The notes beneath the pieces are model-generated. The model had not been told where the DNA came from and searched no databases. It saw only the letters and a list, made by a program, of their open reading frames with translations. Below, in pieces: positions 23,498 through 32,000 of a stretch of DNA of 32,000 nt; position 1 is the first letter of the stretch; every line of letters starts with the position of its first letter. The stretch is from Erysipelotrichaceae bacterium (lineage in GTDB: Bacteria > Bacillota_I > Bacilli_A > Erysipelotrichales > Erysipelotrichaceae): the NCBI GenBank assembly GCA_963663995.1, contig OY760660.1:1860001-1892000 (forward strand), written 5' to 3'. The position numbers and the translations under genes are program-made.

Positions 23498-23512
23498 ATG
23501 AAAGCGTTTTAA
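23498..23512 (+). promoter_or_regulatory. cre-like (CcpA-type) site upstream of the V-ATPase operon
   Basis: ATGAAAGCGTTTTAA matches WTGNAANCGNWNNCW at 14/15 positions (A instead of C at position 14). Confidence 0.3.
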
Positions 23513-23591
23513 TAGTCACTTTGAAACTTGTGTTACCTTGTATTTTAAATTTTAGAGGAGTATCATAAAGAAGTTGTAAGAGGTAGAAAAT

Positions 23592-23909
23592 ATGAAAGAT
23601 GGTATTCGCAGCGTTATCGACGCAGACCTAGATGGTCAAGAACGTTTAAAAGTTAAACTAGAAGAAACATCAAAAGCGCTTGATGAGATTCAGCGCGATA
23701 AATTAAATATTCAATCACAAGTTTGGGAGGATGCGAAAGCACATCTTGAATCTGAAAAAGTGCGTTTAAATAATGGTCTTAAGAACGCAGAAGAATTAGC
23801 AGAAAAAGAATTTAAAACAACTTTAAAGAAATTTGAAGATCGTTTTAATGCGAATAAAGAACAATGGGCACAAGATATCTATAATACTTGTGTTGGGGAA
23901 CAAAAGTAA
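23592..23909 (+). CDS. Small coiled-coil protein, probable V/A-ATPase peripheral-stalk subunit (G/H-like)
   Basis: 105 aa. Highly charged and predicted all-helical. First gene of the V-ATPase operon with SD AGAGG. The assignment rests on position and composition only. Confidence 0.5.
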   Translation: MKDGIRSVIDADLDGQERLKVKLEETSKALDEIQRDKLNIQSQVWEDAKAHLESEKVRLNNGLKNAEELAEKEFKTTLKKFEDRFNANKEQWAQDIYNTCVGEQK

Positions 23910-23910
23910 A

Positions 23911-24951
23911 ATGGGACGCAGTGCTTCTTCCGCAATGGCTACTAAAGCCATCGCAATGTATGGTCACCATTTAAAAGAAGCAGATTATATCGAACTACTT
24001 CGAAAAAATACGGTTCAAGAAATCGCCAGTTATCTAAAAGCTGAAACGGCTTTTAGATCATCACTCAAGGGGATATCTGAAAATACGATTCATCGAGGTT
24101 TTTTAGAAACGCTTGTTCGACAAGAATTCTATATTGATTTTATTAAATTGATTCGTTATGGTGATCCGGCTAAAAAAGATTTCTATCGATTTGGAATTGT
24201 CCAAATTGAAATTAAACAAATCTTAATTGCGATTCGTGCGCTTAAGGAACAAGATCGAAGTAGTCAATTGGCTCAACTTCCACTCTTTGCGAAAAAGATG
24301 ATGAGTTTCGAACTTGAAAAATTAGTTAAAGTATTTAGTTTTGACGATTTGTTGAATGTACTAAAAAACACTGATTATTATCGAATTCTTTTACCTTTAA
24401 AACCCATTATTGGAAATGATGAAATTGATTATGTAGCCTGTGAATTGGCTTTGAAAAACCATTTCTTTGATTTAATGAATTTATTAATTGAACAGAAGTT
24501 TTCTGGTAAAGATAAACAACTCTTGAAGGATGTCTTTAATTCTCGAATTGAATTAGAACATCTAACTTATATTTATCGATTAAAGAAATATTTCCAACTA
24601 ACACCTAAAGAGATTAAAGAGTATATCAACCCGATATCAGTGCATATTCCAAAAAAGAAAATCATGCATTGGGTTGAAACTGGTGAAGCAGTTGATATCT
24701 TGGACTTATTAAAGAACTCGTACTATCATATTGAATTTGATTTACATGATTTGGGTCATATTGAAAATTTAGTTGATCGTGTTCAATTTAAACAAAATAA
24801 GAAAATGTTACGACATACAGGTAATGCTGAAATCGTACTCATCGCATATATGAATCTACTTGAAGTTCAGATTCAAAATATCATCGACATCGTTGAAGGT
24901 GTGCGTTATCACATTAACCGTGACCGTTTGTCGAAGATATTGATTTATTAG
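23911..24951 (+). CDS. ntpC: V/A-type ATPase subunit C (eukaryotic d homologue)
   Basis: 346 aa from ATG 23911, one nt after the upstream stop. The N-terminus AIAMYGHHLKEADYIELLRK fits the subunit C pattern, and length is typical. The ORF-track start 23833 would overlap the upstream gene by 77 nt. Confidence 0.8.
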   Translation: MGRSASSAMATKAIAMYGHHLKEADYIELLRKNTVQEIASYLKAETAFRSSLKGISENTIHRGFLETLVRQEFYIDFIKLIRYGDPAKKDFYRFGIVQIEIKQILIAIRALKEQDRSSQLAQLPLFAKKMMSFELEKLVKVFSFDDLLNVLKNTDYYRILLPLKPIIGNDEIDYVACELALKNHFFDLMNLLIEQKFSGKDKQLLKDVFNSRIELEHLTYIYRLKKYFQLTPKEIKEYINPISVHIPKKKIMHWVETGEAVDILDLLKNSYYHIEFDLHDLGHIENLVDRVQFKQNKKMLRHTGNAEIVLIAYMNLLEVQIQNIIDIVEGVRYHINRDRLSKILIY

Positions 24952-24961
24952 GAGATCAAAA

Positions 24962-26929
24962 ATGGCAATAGAAAAAATGCGTCTGCTTAGATTAGCAGGA
25001 ACAAAAGACAATATTGAAGAATTCGTATTACATGCATTCGCAACGTATGACTTACATGCAGAACTTGCATCAAAAGTTGTTAATGAAGGTAATGGTGGAA
25101 AACTCATGCCTGAGGATTCACGTTATGCTGAATTCTTAAATCGAATTGAAAATATCATTTCTCACTTACATGCAGAAGTGCGATGTGCATATGATGGTCA
25201 TTCATTCTTTACAATTGATGAGATTGAACATGAGATTCATGAAGCAGAAGTTAACTTTGAAAAGATTACTGAAACAAAACTTGGTCAATCAAAACTTTCA
25301 AAAGAAGACTTACAAGCTATCTCTAAACTTCGTGAATTTGATATTTCTGATTTAAATCACACACAATTTTTAGGAATTCATTTTGGTAAAATTCCTGTTA
25401 ATTCATTAGCTAAACTTGATCTTTATGAACTAAATTCAGCCTTCACGGTTCACACATTAGTCGAAAATGATTACTATGCATGGATCTTAGTGATGTGTAT
25501 GAATGAAAAAACAGAAATGATTGGAAACTTCTTAACGTCATTATATTTTGAACCCATTGCGGTTCCAAAGTTTGATGATGAAAAATTATCCTTCGATTGT
25601 GAATCAAGACTTGGTCGTATTTATGGTTATGTTCACTACAAAGCAGACATTCGTAAATACTATAAGTATATTGCTGTCTTTGGTGAAACGTTCGTTATTA
25701 CAGGTTTTGTACCTGAGAAAAATGTTCAGTACTATAAATCACTCTTTGGAGATCTCCATAATGTTGTTATCGAGGATAAACCTCCAACCCGTGAAGATGA
25801 AGGAACTGAAAGTTTAATTGTTAAAAAAGAAGATGAAGAAGGACATGTTCTTCGCGTTAAAAACGTTACAACTGAGAAGGGTGATGTCGAAGAATTTAAA
25901 GTTCAAGATTTCCCTGCTTCAATGGAAGAAGGTTTAGAACCGCCGACAGTTTTAAGAAATGGTTGGTTTGCGAAACCATTTGAATTGTTCGTGGAGATGT
26001 ATGGATTACCTCATTATCACGACTTTGATCCAAGTATGGTTTTCGCAGTAACTTATAGCTTACTCTTTGGCATTATGTTTGGTGATTTAGGACAAGGCGC
26101 AGTCCTCTTCCTGTTTGGCGCCTTTATGTATAAACGTAGTGGTGGTCAATTATGGGCGATCATTCAAAGAATATCGATTTCATCAATGTTCTTTGGTTTA
26201 CTCTTTGGCTCAGTCTTTGGTTTTGAACATTTACTGGATCCATTCTTTCAATTATTAGGATTCCATGAAAAACCAATAGAGGTTATGAGTAATGCATTTA
26301 CGATGCCTCTATTACTAAGTGCTGTTGGACTTGGTGCGCTTCTTATCTTTGGGGCAATTGGTTTAAATACTATTCTAAACTTTAGACATAAGAAATATGG
26401 AGATGCCTTCTTCAGCCCAAATGGGATTGCGGGGCTCGTCTTCTATGGCTCAATTATTGGCTTTGTTGTATTAGAGGTTGGCTTGGGTTATGAAATTTCA
26501 AACTCATTTACAATTGCGATATTTATCGTTTTACCACTTCTAGTTATCTTATTCCATGCACCACTTGATAGTGCAATGCATAAAATGAAATATCATCCCC
26601 ACGAAGGTTGGGTTGGATATATCGTCGAAGGATTGTTTGAACTCTTAGAAGTTGTGCTTAGTTTCTTAACGAACACAATGAGTTTCCTTCGGGTAGGTGG
26701 CTTCGTACTAAGTCACGCCGGAATGATGTTGGTTGTCATGACACTTCATGAAATGACTGGTCAGTTCGGTATTATAGTAGTCATTCTTGGTAACATCTTC
26801 GTGATGGGCCTTGAAGGTTTAATTGTAGGTATTCAAACCCTACGTTTAGAATATAACGAGATGTTTAGTCGATATTTCGAAGGTGGGGGCAAGAAATATA
26901 TCCCTACAACGTTATTAAACAATGATTAG
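24962..26929 (+). CDS. ntpI: V/A-type ATPase subunit I (a-subunit, stator/ion channel)
   Basis: 655 aa. Soluble N-terminal half, then a multi-TM C-terminal half with PPTVLRNGWFAKPFELFVEMYGLPHYHDFDPS and the conserved Arg region SFLRVGGFVLSH. Confidence 0.92.
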   Translation: MAIEKMRLLRLAGTKDNIEEFVLHAFATYDLHAELASKVVNEGNGGKLMPEDSRYAEFLNRIENIISHLHAEVRCAYDGHSFFTIDEIEHEIHEAEVNFEKITETKLGQSKLSKEDLQAISKLREFDISDLNHTQFLGIHFGKIPVNSLAKLDLYELNSAFTVHTLVENDYYAWILVMCMNEKTEMIGNFLTSLYFEPIAVPKFDDEKLSFDCESRLGRIYGYVHYKADIRKYYKYIAVFGETFVITGFVPEKNVQYYKSLFGDLHNVVIEDKPPTREDEGTESLIVKKEDEEGHVLRVKNVTTEKGDVEEFKVQDFPASMEEGLEPPTVLRNGWFAKPFELFVEMYGLPHYHDFDPSMVFAVTYSLLFGIMFGDLGQGAVLFLFGAFMYKRSGGQLWAIIQRISISSMFFGLLFGSVFGFEHLLDPFFQLLGFHEKPIEVMSNAFTMPLLLSAVGLGALLIFGAIGLNTILNFRHKKYGDAFFSPNGIAGLVFYGSIIGFVVLEVGLGYEISNSFTIAIFIVLPLLVILFHAPLDSAMHKMKYHPHEGWVGYIVEGLFELLEVVLSFLTNTMSFLRVGGFVLSHAGMMLVVMTLHEMTGQFGIIVVILGNIFVMGLEGLIVGIQTLRLEYNEMFSRYFEGGGKKYIPTTLLNND

Positions 26930-26941
26930 GAGGAACTTAAA

Positions 26942-27388
26942 ATGTTAACATTGTTTGAAATTATTGGACCAATGGTCATTATTGCTTTAGTTATGATTCC
27001 ACTTTATTTAGTCTTAAAAGGAAATGTAAATTCTAAAAATGCAAAATTCAGAGTTTTAACTCAAATTTCTGTATTTAGTGCTGTATTCTTAGCTGTATTC
27101 TTATTCCAATTAAATGGATTGGTTGCTCAAGCGGCTGAAACAACAAGCGTTACAACTGGTTTTGTTGGATCTAATGCTCAAGGTATGGGCTTCTTAGCTG
27201 CTGCTTTAGCTACATCTGCATCTGCGATTGGTGCTGGTTTAGCGGTTGCTTCTGCTGCACCTGCTGCGATTGGCGCAATCAGTGAAAATAGTGAAAACTT
27301 TGGTAAAGCGATGATCTTCGTAGCTTTGGCTGAAGGGGTTGCGATTTACGGTTTATTAATCTCAATTTTAATTATCAACGCATTATAG
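26942..27388 (+). CDS. ntpK: V/A-type ATPase proteolipid subunit K/c (single canonical hairpin plus non-homologous N-terminal extension)
   Basis: 148 aa with a strong SD (AGGAGG). The C-terminal about 67 aa, GFLAAALATSASAIGAGLAVASAAPAAIGAISENSENFGKAMIFVALAEGVAIYGLL, is a classic c-subunit hairpin with one carboxylate (Glu). Confidence 0.88.
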   Translation: MLTLFEIIGPMVIIALVMIPLYLVLKGNVNSKNAKFRVLTQISVFSAVFLAVFLFQLNGLVAQAAETTSVTTGFVGSNAQGMGFLAAALATSASAIGAGLAVASAAPAAIGAISENSENFGKAMIFVALAEGVAIYGLLISILIINAL

Positions 27389-27396
27389 GAAACGTT

Positions 27397-27705
27397 ATGA
27401 AGTTTTACGTAATTAGTGATAATACAGATACGCAAATGGGCTTGCGTTTAGCAGGTATCGAAGGTGTTGTTGCGCATACGCGTGATGAAGTGTTAGAGGA
27501 GCTCAATAAAGCAATTGCGATGGATGACGTAGCGATTATTTTAATGACGACTTTAGCCATAAACACATGTGCTGATGTGGTCGCTGATTTAAAACTAACC
27601 CTACAACGTCCACTAATTGTGGAAATTCCAGATCGTCATGGTAGCGCGAAAATATCCGAAGTGATTGATTCGTATATATCAGAAGCGATTGGCATCAAGA
27701 TTTAA
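27397..27705 (+). CDS. V/A-type ATPase subunit F
   Basis: 102 aa. MKFYVISDNTDTQMGLRLAGIEG and the later IILMT...IVEIPD pattern are typical of subunit F. Confidence 0.85.
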   Translation: MKFYVISDNTDTQMGLRLAGIEGVVAHTRDEVLEELNKAIAMDDVAIILMTTLAINTCADVVADLKLTLQRPLIVEIPDRHGSAKISEVIDSYISEAIGIKI

Positions 27706-27716
27706 GAGGTAGACAC

Positions 27717-28313
27717 ATGGAAGATTTAGAAAAAAGAACACAAGATTTAGTCGATGAAATAAATCGAAAAGTCGATAGTCTAATAGAAGATTCAAACCAA
27801 TATTTTGACGACGAACGTAAACGTTTAATCGCTGAATATGAAAACGAAGCACGAGAAGAAACTAGTGTCTATTTAGAGCAGGAACTTAATGAATTGAAGA
27901 TTAATGTTCAACTCAAAGAATCTCAAGCCAAATGGAAAACTCGTAAAGATTTGTTTATTAAACGTCAAGCTATGGTTGATGAACTTTTTGAAGAAATTTC
28001 AAAGAAGCTAAAAGCTTATTCACAAAGCACAAAATACGATTCTTGGTTAAAAGAGTCTATTAATGCTGAATTGAAAAAAGTAAGTAAAGAAAACCCAATT
28101 GTTATTGAGTTTAAACCTATTGATCAACCAATGATTGAACGATTATGCAAAGACTATAAAGATATCGTTACTTTAGAAAGTCGTGAAACGATTTTTATAG
28201 GTGGTTATATCGTTACTTATCCAAATCTAGGAATAGAAGAGGATAATACAATAGATGTTAAGTTAAAGGATCAGAAGGAATGGTTTGCAATCAATTCTGG
28301 TCTAGATTTCTAA
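27717..28313 (+). CDS. ntpE: V/A-type ATPase subunit E (peripheral stalk)
   Basis: 198 aa. Long charged N-terminal helix and a C-terminal globular part with IGGYIVTYPNLGIEEDNTIDVKL. Confidence 0.8.
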   Translation: MEDLEKRTQDLVDEINRKVDSLIEDSNQYFDDERKRLIAEYENEAREETSVYLEQELNELKINVQLKESQAKWKTRKDLFIKRQAMVDELFEEISKKLKAYSQSTKYDSWLKESINAELKKVSKENPIVIEFKPIDQPMIERLCKDYKDIVTLESRETIFIGGYIVTYPNLGIEEDNTIDVKLKDQKEWFAINSGLDF

Positions 28314-28323
28314 GGAGGGTCAT

Positions 28324-30072
28324 ATGGAAGCTACAGTCTATTCAATAAACGGACCTGTTGTTAAGGTTAAAGACGTTAAAACATTTCAAATGTTAGAAAT
28401 GGTTTACGTTGGTGAAAAAGAATTGATGGGTGAGGTCATTAAAATTGATGACCGTTTTACGACCATTCAAGTTTATGAAAGTACCACTTCAGTTAAAGTG
28501 GGAGAACCGGTTTTTAAAACAGACAATCCATTAAGTGCCACTTTAGGTCCTGGTATTATTTCAAATATTTTCGATGGAATTCAACGTCCTTTAAAAGAAA
28601 TGGCACAAACCTCAGGGATGTTTGTTTCTGCAGGTCGTGGGATTGAATCACTCGATGATAAAAAGAAATGGGCAGTGTCCTTTAAAGCTAAAAAGGGTGA
28701 TGTTTTAAAGTCTGGTGAAATTTTCGCCACTTGTCCTGAAACATCTTTAATTGAACATCGTTTCTTAGTTCCAAATGGTATTTCTGGAACCGTCACAAAA
28801 ATTCAAAAAGATGGTTCATATTCTATCAATGATGAGTTAATCGTATTAACAGATTCAAATGGATTAACACATTCATTAACGATGATTCAAAAATGGCCAA
28901 TTAGACAAGCACGTCCAACCGCACACCGTAAGGTTATTTCAATGCCTTTAATTACAGGTCAGCGTGTTATTGATACATTCTTTCCAATTGCTAAAGGTGG
29001 AGCAGCTGCTGTACCTGGTGGATTTGGAGCAGGTAAAACGATGACGCAACATCAACTTGCTAAGTGGTGTGATGCCGATATTATTGTTTATGTTGGTTGT
29101 GGTGAACGTGGCAATGAAATGACTCAAGTTTTAGAAGAATTCTCAGAATTAGTTGACCCAAAATCACAAAAACCATTAACTGATCGTACGGTCTTAATTG
29201 CCAATACATCGAATATGCCAGTTGCGGCTCGTGAAGCGAGTATTTATACCGGTATTACCTTAGCTGAATATTATCGTGATATGGGATATCACGTTGCTTT
29301 AATGGCAGATAGTACATCACGTTGGGCGGAAGCTTTGCGTGAAATCTCTGGACGTTTGGAAGAAATGCCAGCTGAAGAAGGCTTCCCAGCGTACCTTCCA
29401 TCACGTATTTCTGCTTTCTATGAACGCGCAGGTTATGTTGAAACATTTGCACATAATGAAGGTTCAGTTACCTTAATTGGTGCGGTATCTCCACAAGGGG
29501 CTGACTTCTCAGAACCTGTAACACAAAATACAAAACGTTTCGTTCGTTCATTCTGGGCACTAGATAAATCCTTAGCTTATGGACGTCACTTTCCAGCCAT
29601 CAACTGGAATCAATCCTATTCTGAATACTTAGATGATTTAAAGAAATGGTTTGATACAAATGTCGATCGTCGTTTTGTTAATTTAAGAAGAGAAATGATT
29701 GCGATTCTTCATGAAGAAACACAACTCATGGAAATCGTTAAATTAATTGGATCAGACGTTTTACCAGATGATCAAAAACTTACTTTAGAAATTTCTCGTG
29801 TTATTCGGGTTGGATTCCTTCAACAAAATGCATTCCACCCTGAAGATACATTCGTTCCATTAGAAAAACAATTAAAAATGTTATTGATTATTTCATATCT
29901 TAATGAAAAATGTAAAGAAGTTATTGCTCAACGCAAAACAATACGTTCAATCGTTGAAACAGATATCTTTGAAGATGTTGTAAGAATTAAATATGATGTT
30001 AAAAATAGTGAGCTCGAAGTCTTAGATGGATACTTTGAAAAGATCGATCAAGCGCTTGCGAGCATACAGTAA
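28324..30072 (+). CDS. ntpA: V/A-type ATPase catalytic subunit A
   Basis: 582 aa. Walker [74 protein letters not shown]. Confidence 0.97.
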   Translation: MEATVYSINGPVVKVKDVKTFQMLEMVYVGEKELMGEVIKIDDRFTTIQVYESTTSVKVGEPVFKTDNPLSATLGPGIISNIFDGIQRPLKEMAQTSGMFVSAGRGIESLDDKKKWAVSFKAKKGDVLKSGEIFATCPETSLIEHRFLVPNGISGTVTKIQKDGSYSINDELIVLTDSNGLTHSLTMIQKWPIRQARPTAHRKVISMPLITGQRVIDTFFPIAKGGAAAVPGGFGAGKTMTQHQLAKWCDADIIVYVGCGERGNEMTQVLEEFSELVDPKSQKPLTDRTVLIANTSNMPVAAREASIYTGITLAEYYRDMGYHVALMADSTSRWAEALREISGRLEEMPAEEGFPAYLPSRISAFYERAGYVETFAHNEGSVTLIGAVSPQGADFSEPVTQNTKRFVRSFWALDKSLAYGRHFPAINWNQSYSEYLDDLKKWFDTNVDRRFVNLRREMIAILHEETQLMEIVKLIGSDVLPDDQKLTLEISRVIRVGFLQQNAFHPEDTFVPLEKQLKMLLIISYLNEKCKEVIAQRKTIRSIVETDIFEDVVRIKYDVKNSELEVLDGYFEKIDQALASIQ

Positions 30073-30084
30073 GGAGGGACAATT

Positions 30085-31524
30085 ATGAGCGTTCAATATA
30101 AAGGCTTAAAAGAAATTAGAGGTCCCCTTATTGTTTTAGATAATATTCAAAATGTAGGTTTTGAAGAGATGGTCGAGATTGAACTTGAAAATGGTTCAAC
30201 ACGTACCGGTCGTGTCATTATGATTGAGGGTGAAAAGATTGTTGTTCAAGTTTTTGAAGGAACATCAGGTCTTTCTCAAATCAACACAAAAACTAAACTT
30301 TTAGGACACCCAATGCAAATTGCTTTATCAAAAGAAATTTTAGGTCGTGTCTTTAATGGTGCTGGAACAGCTATCGATGGTTTAGGTGAAGTTTTCGCTA
30401 ACGAATATGCTGATATTAATGGTAGTGCATTAAATCCTGTTATGCGTAAATACCCACGTAACTATATCAACACAGGTGTTTCTGGCATTGATGGTTTAAA
30501 TACATTGATTCGTGGTCAAAAACTACCTATCTTCTCAGGGTCAGGTTTACCACATAATCAATTAGCTGTACAAATTGTTAGACAAGCAAACATTGCTGCT
30601 GAAGCAGGACAAGAATTTGCGATTGTTTTCGGCGCTATGGGTGTTAAAAATGACGTCGCTGATTATTTCAGAAGATCATTTGAAGAAACCGGTGTTATGG
30701 AAAAAGTTGTTATGTTTATGAACTTATCCAATGACCCAATTATTGAGCGTATTTTAACGCCTCGTTGTGCTTTGTCAGCTGCTGAATACTTAGCCTATCA
30801 AGTAGGTATGCATGTTTTGGTTATCTTAACGGATATTACATCTTACTGTGAAGCATTACGTGAATTCTCTTCATCAAAAGAAGAAATTCCTGGACGTAAA
30901 GGTTATCCAGGTTATATGTATTCTGACTTAGCATCATTATATGAAAGAGCAGGGATTGTTGAAGGACGTAAAGGTTCTGTAACACAAATTCCTATCTTAA
31001 CCATTCCTAATGACGATATCACTCATCCAGTACCTGATTTAACGGGTTATATTACAGAAGGTCAAATTGTTTTAGATCGTAATTTACATCAAAATGGTTT
31101 GTATCCACCAATTGGTATTCTTCCATCCCTTTCTCGTTTGATGAAAGATGGTATTGGTGAAGGTTATACACGTAAAGATCACTCATCTTTAGCAACACAA
31201 CTCTTTGCATGTTATGCGAAAGTTCAAGATGCTAGATCACTAGCATCCGTTATTGGTGAAGAAGAACTATCAAATGTTGATAGAAAATATATGGCTTATG
31301 GTCGTCTATTTGAAAAACTCTATATCGCTCAAGGTTTTGATACAAATCGTGCGATTGAAGATACGCTTAACTTAGGTTGGCATCTATTATCTTTATTACC
31401 AAAGAAAGAACTCGATCGTATTCCCCAGGAATTAGTAGAAGAGTATTATGATAATCATAATGCGATTGCTTACTTCATGGCCGCTATGGGTGGCGATGTT
31501 GACGAGATACTAAAAGAGGCTTAA
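30085..31524 (+). CDS. ntpB: V/A-type ATPase subunit B
   Basis: 479 aa. [68 protein letters not shown]. Confidence 0.97.
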   Translation: MSVQYKGLKEIRGPLIVLDNIQNVGFEEMVEIELENGSTRTGRVIMIEGEKIVVQVFEGTSGLSQINTKTKLLGHPMQIALSKEILGRVFNGAGTAIDGLGEVFANEYADINGSALNPVMRKYPRNYINTGVSGIDGLNTLIRGQKLPIFSGSGLPHNQLAVQIVRQANIAAEAGQEFAIVFGAMGVKNDVADYFRRSFEETGVMEKVVMFMNLSNDPIIERILTPRCALSAAEYLAYQVGMHVLVILTDITSYCEALREFSSSKEEIPGRKGYPGYMYSDLASLYERAGIVEGRKGSVTQIPILTIPNDDITHPVPDLTGYITEGQIVLDRNLHQNGLYPPIGILPSLSRLMKDGIGEGYTRKDHSSLATQLFACYAKVQDARSLASVIGEEELSNVDRKYMAYGRLFEKLYIAQGFDTNRAIEDTLNLGWHLLSLLPKKELDRIPQELVEEYYDNHNAIAYFMAAMGGDVDEILKEA

Positions 31525-31527
31525 CAG

Positions 31528-32000
31528 ATGGCCGCAACAAAAGTATCCCCAACTAAAGGGAATTTACTCCATACAAAAAAATCACTTCAACTAGCTAAAC
31601 TCGGTTATGATCTAATGGATCGTAAGCGTAGCATTTTGATTCGTGAGATGATGATGTTGGTAGATAAAGTTAAACTGTTGCGTGACGAAATTACTGAAGT
31701 ATACGAAGAAGCTTATCTAGCTTTACAAGCTGCCAATATTTCATTAGGGGTAGTTTCTGAAATCTCATCTGCAGTGACTATTGAAACAGGTGTGAATATT
31801 GTCTATCGTTCAGTTATGGGGGTAGAAATCCCGTCTGTTAGTTGCACAGATAAAGCTGTCGAATTTGAATATGGTTTTGAAGATTCAAACTCAAAGTTAG
31901 ATGAGGCAACCATTAAGTTTAACCAAGTTAAGAAAATGACCATCTTGCTCAGTGAAATTGATAATTCAATTTATCGCTTGGCTAGAGCTATTCAAAAAAC
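31528..32000 (+). CDS. ntpD: V/A-type ATPase subunit D (central stalk), 3' truncated by window end
   Basis: Not in the ORF track because it is open at the window end. ATG 31528 follows SD AAGAGG. My translation, MAATKVSPTKGNLLHTKKSLQLAKLGYDLMDRKRSILIREMM, is the canonical subunit D N-terminus. Confidence 0.88.
   Translation, partial: MAATKVSPTKGNLLHTKKSLQLAKLGYDLMDRKRSILIREMMMLVDKVKLLRDEITEVYEEAYLALQAANISLGVVSEISSAVTIETGVNIVYRSVMGVEIPSVSCTDKAVEFEYGFEDSNSKLDEATIKFNQVKKMTILLSEIDNSIYRLARAIQK

Noticed and set aside
23460-23501. 13-aa sORF (MSQSEKRLKISCE) upstream of the V-ATPase operon as a leader peptide
   Set aside because: It has no SD and no downstream terminator/antiterminator alternative structure that I could fold. 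It is most likely chance in AT-rich sequence.
23315-23591. tRNA-Ser as an integration site for a mobile element or genomic island
   Set aside because: There is no integrase nearby and no second copy of the tRNA 3' end (att-like direct repeat) in the window. The flanking operons (opp, V-ATPase) are ordinary housekeeping genes with matching composition.
8410-29452. Short antisense or alternate-frame ORFs nested in long CDSs (8410-8667, 10032-10253, 14436-14645, 15849-16040, 15937-16167, 17274-17597, 19135-19341, 20196-20384, 20787-21026, 21276-21503, 24856-25107, 25146-25355, 25548-25817, 28581-28796, 29255-29452)
   Set aside because: Each lies mostly or wholly within, or overlaps the end of, a CDS with clear family motifs in another frame or strand. 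None has its own SD or a recognisable motif.
6875-32000. Alternative genetic code (TGA=Trp, as in Mycoplasma/Spiroplasma)
   Set aside because: tsaE, tsaB-upstream, rex and other genes terminate at TGA with sensible lengths. All long CDSs are intact under the standard code.

Overview
This is a core-genome window from a low-GC Bacillota. By eye, the 16S signatures (GGAATTTTCGGCAATGGGCGCAAGCCTGACCGAGCAACGCCGCGTG; ACGTAGGTGGCAAGCG) look Erysipelotrichia/Mollicutes-related, which I cannot verify without a database. The standard genetic code applies, since TGA is used as a stop (for example tsaE and rex). Nearly everything is on the + strand. Layout: (1) The 3' end of one rrn operon (23S-5S) is followed in tandem by a complete rrn operon (16S-23S-5S) with a tRNA-less spacer. 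Positions 1-1417 repeat at 5422-6838; every line I compared by eye matched, and all three ORF-track ORFs lying inside both copies have identical translations. (2) A t6A/housekeeping cluster runs tsaE-tsaB-[pfp]-rimI-tsaD-rex-asnS-[446-aa membrane protein]-ABC-F. (3) One small membrane protein lies on the - strand. (4) An oppABCDF oligopeptide permease operon. (5) tRNA-Ser(CGA). (6) A V/A-type ATPase operon in the order (G-like)-C-I-K-F-E-A-B-D, with D truncated by the window end. I found no CRISPR array, transposase, integrase, phage gene or recognisable defence/toxin module. I do not see a convincing undescribed multi-gene system. The most unusual items are:
- a membrane-anchored protein with an apparently degenerate Amidase_3-like domain;
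- an atypical V-ATPase proteolipid and a non-canonical V-ATPase gene order;
- a perfect 2x30-bp tandem duplication in the opp control region;
- a recurring TGTGAA/TTCACA (TCACAAAGTGA) motif in several promoter regions near a rex gene;
- a PPi-type phosphofructokinase inserted as its own transcription unit into the tsaEB-rimI-tsaD cluster.
All homology statements come from reading the supplied translations by eye, not from searches.
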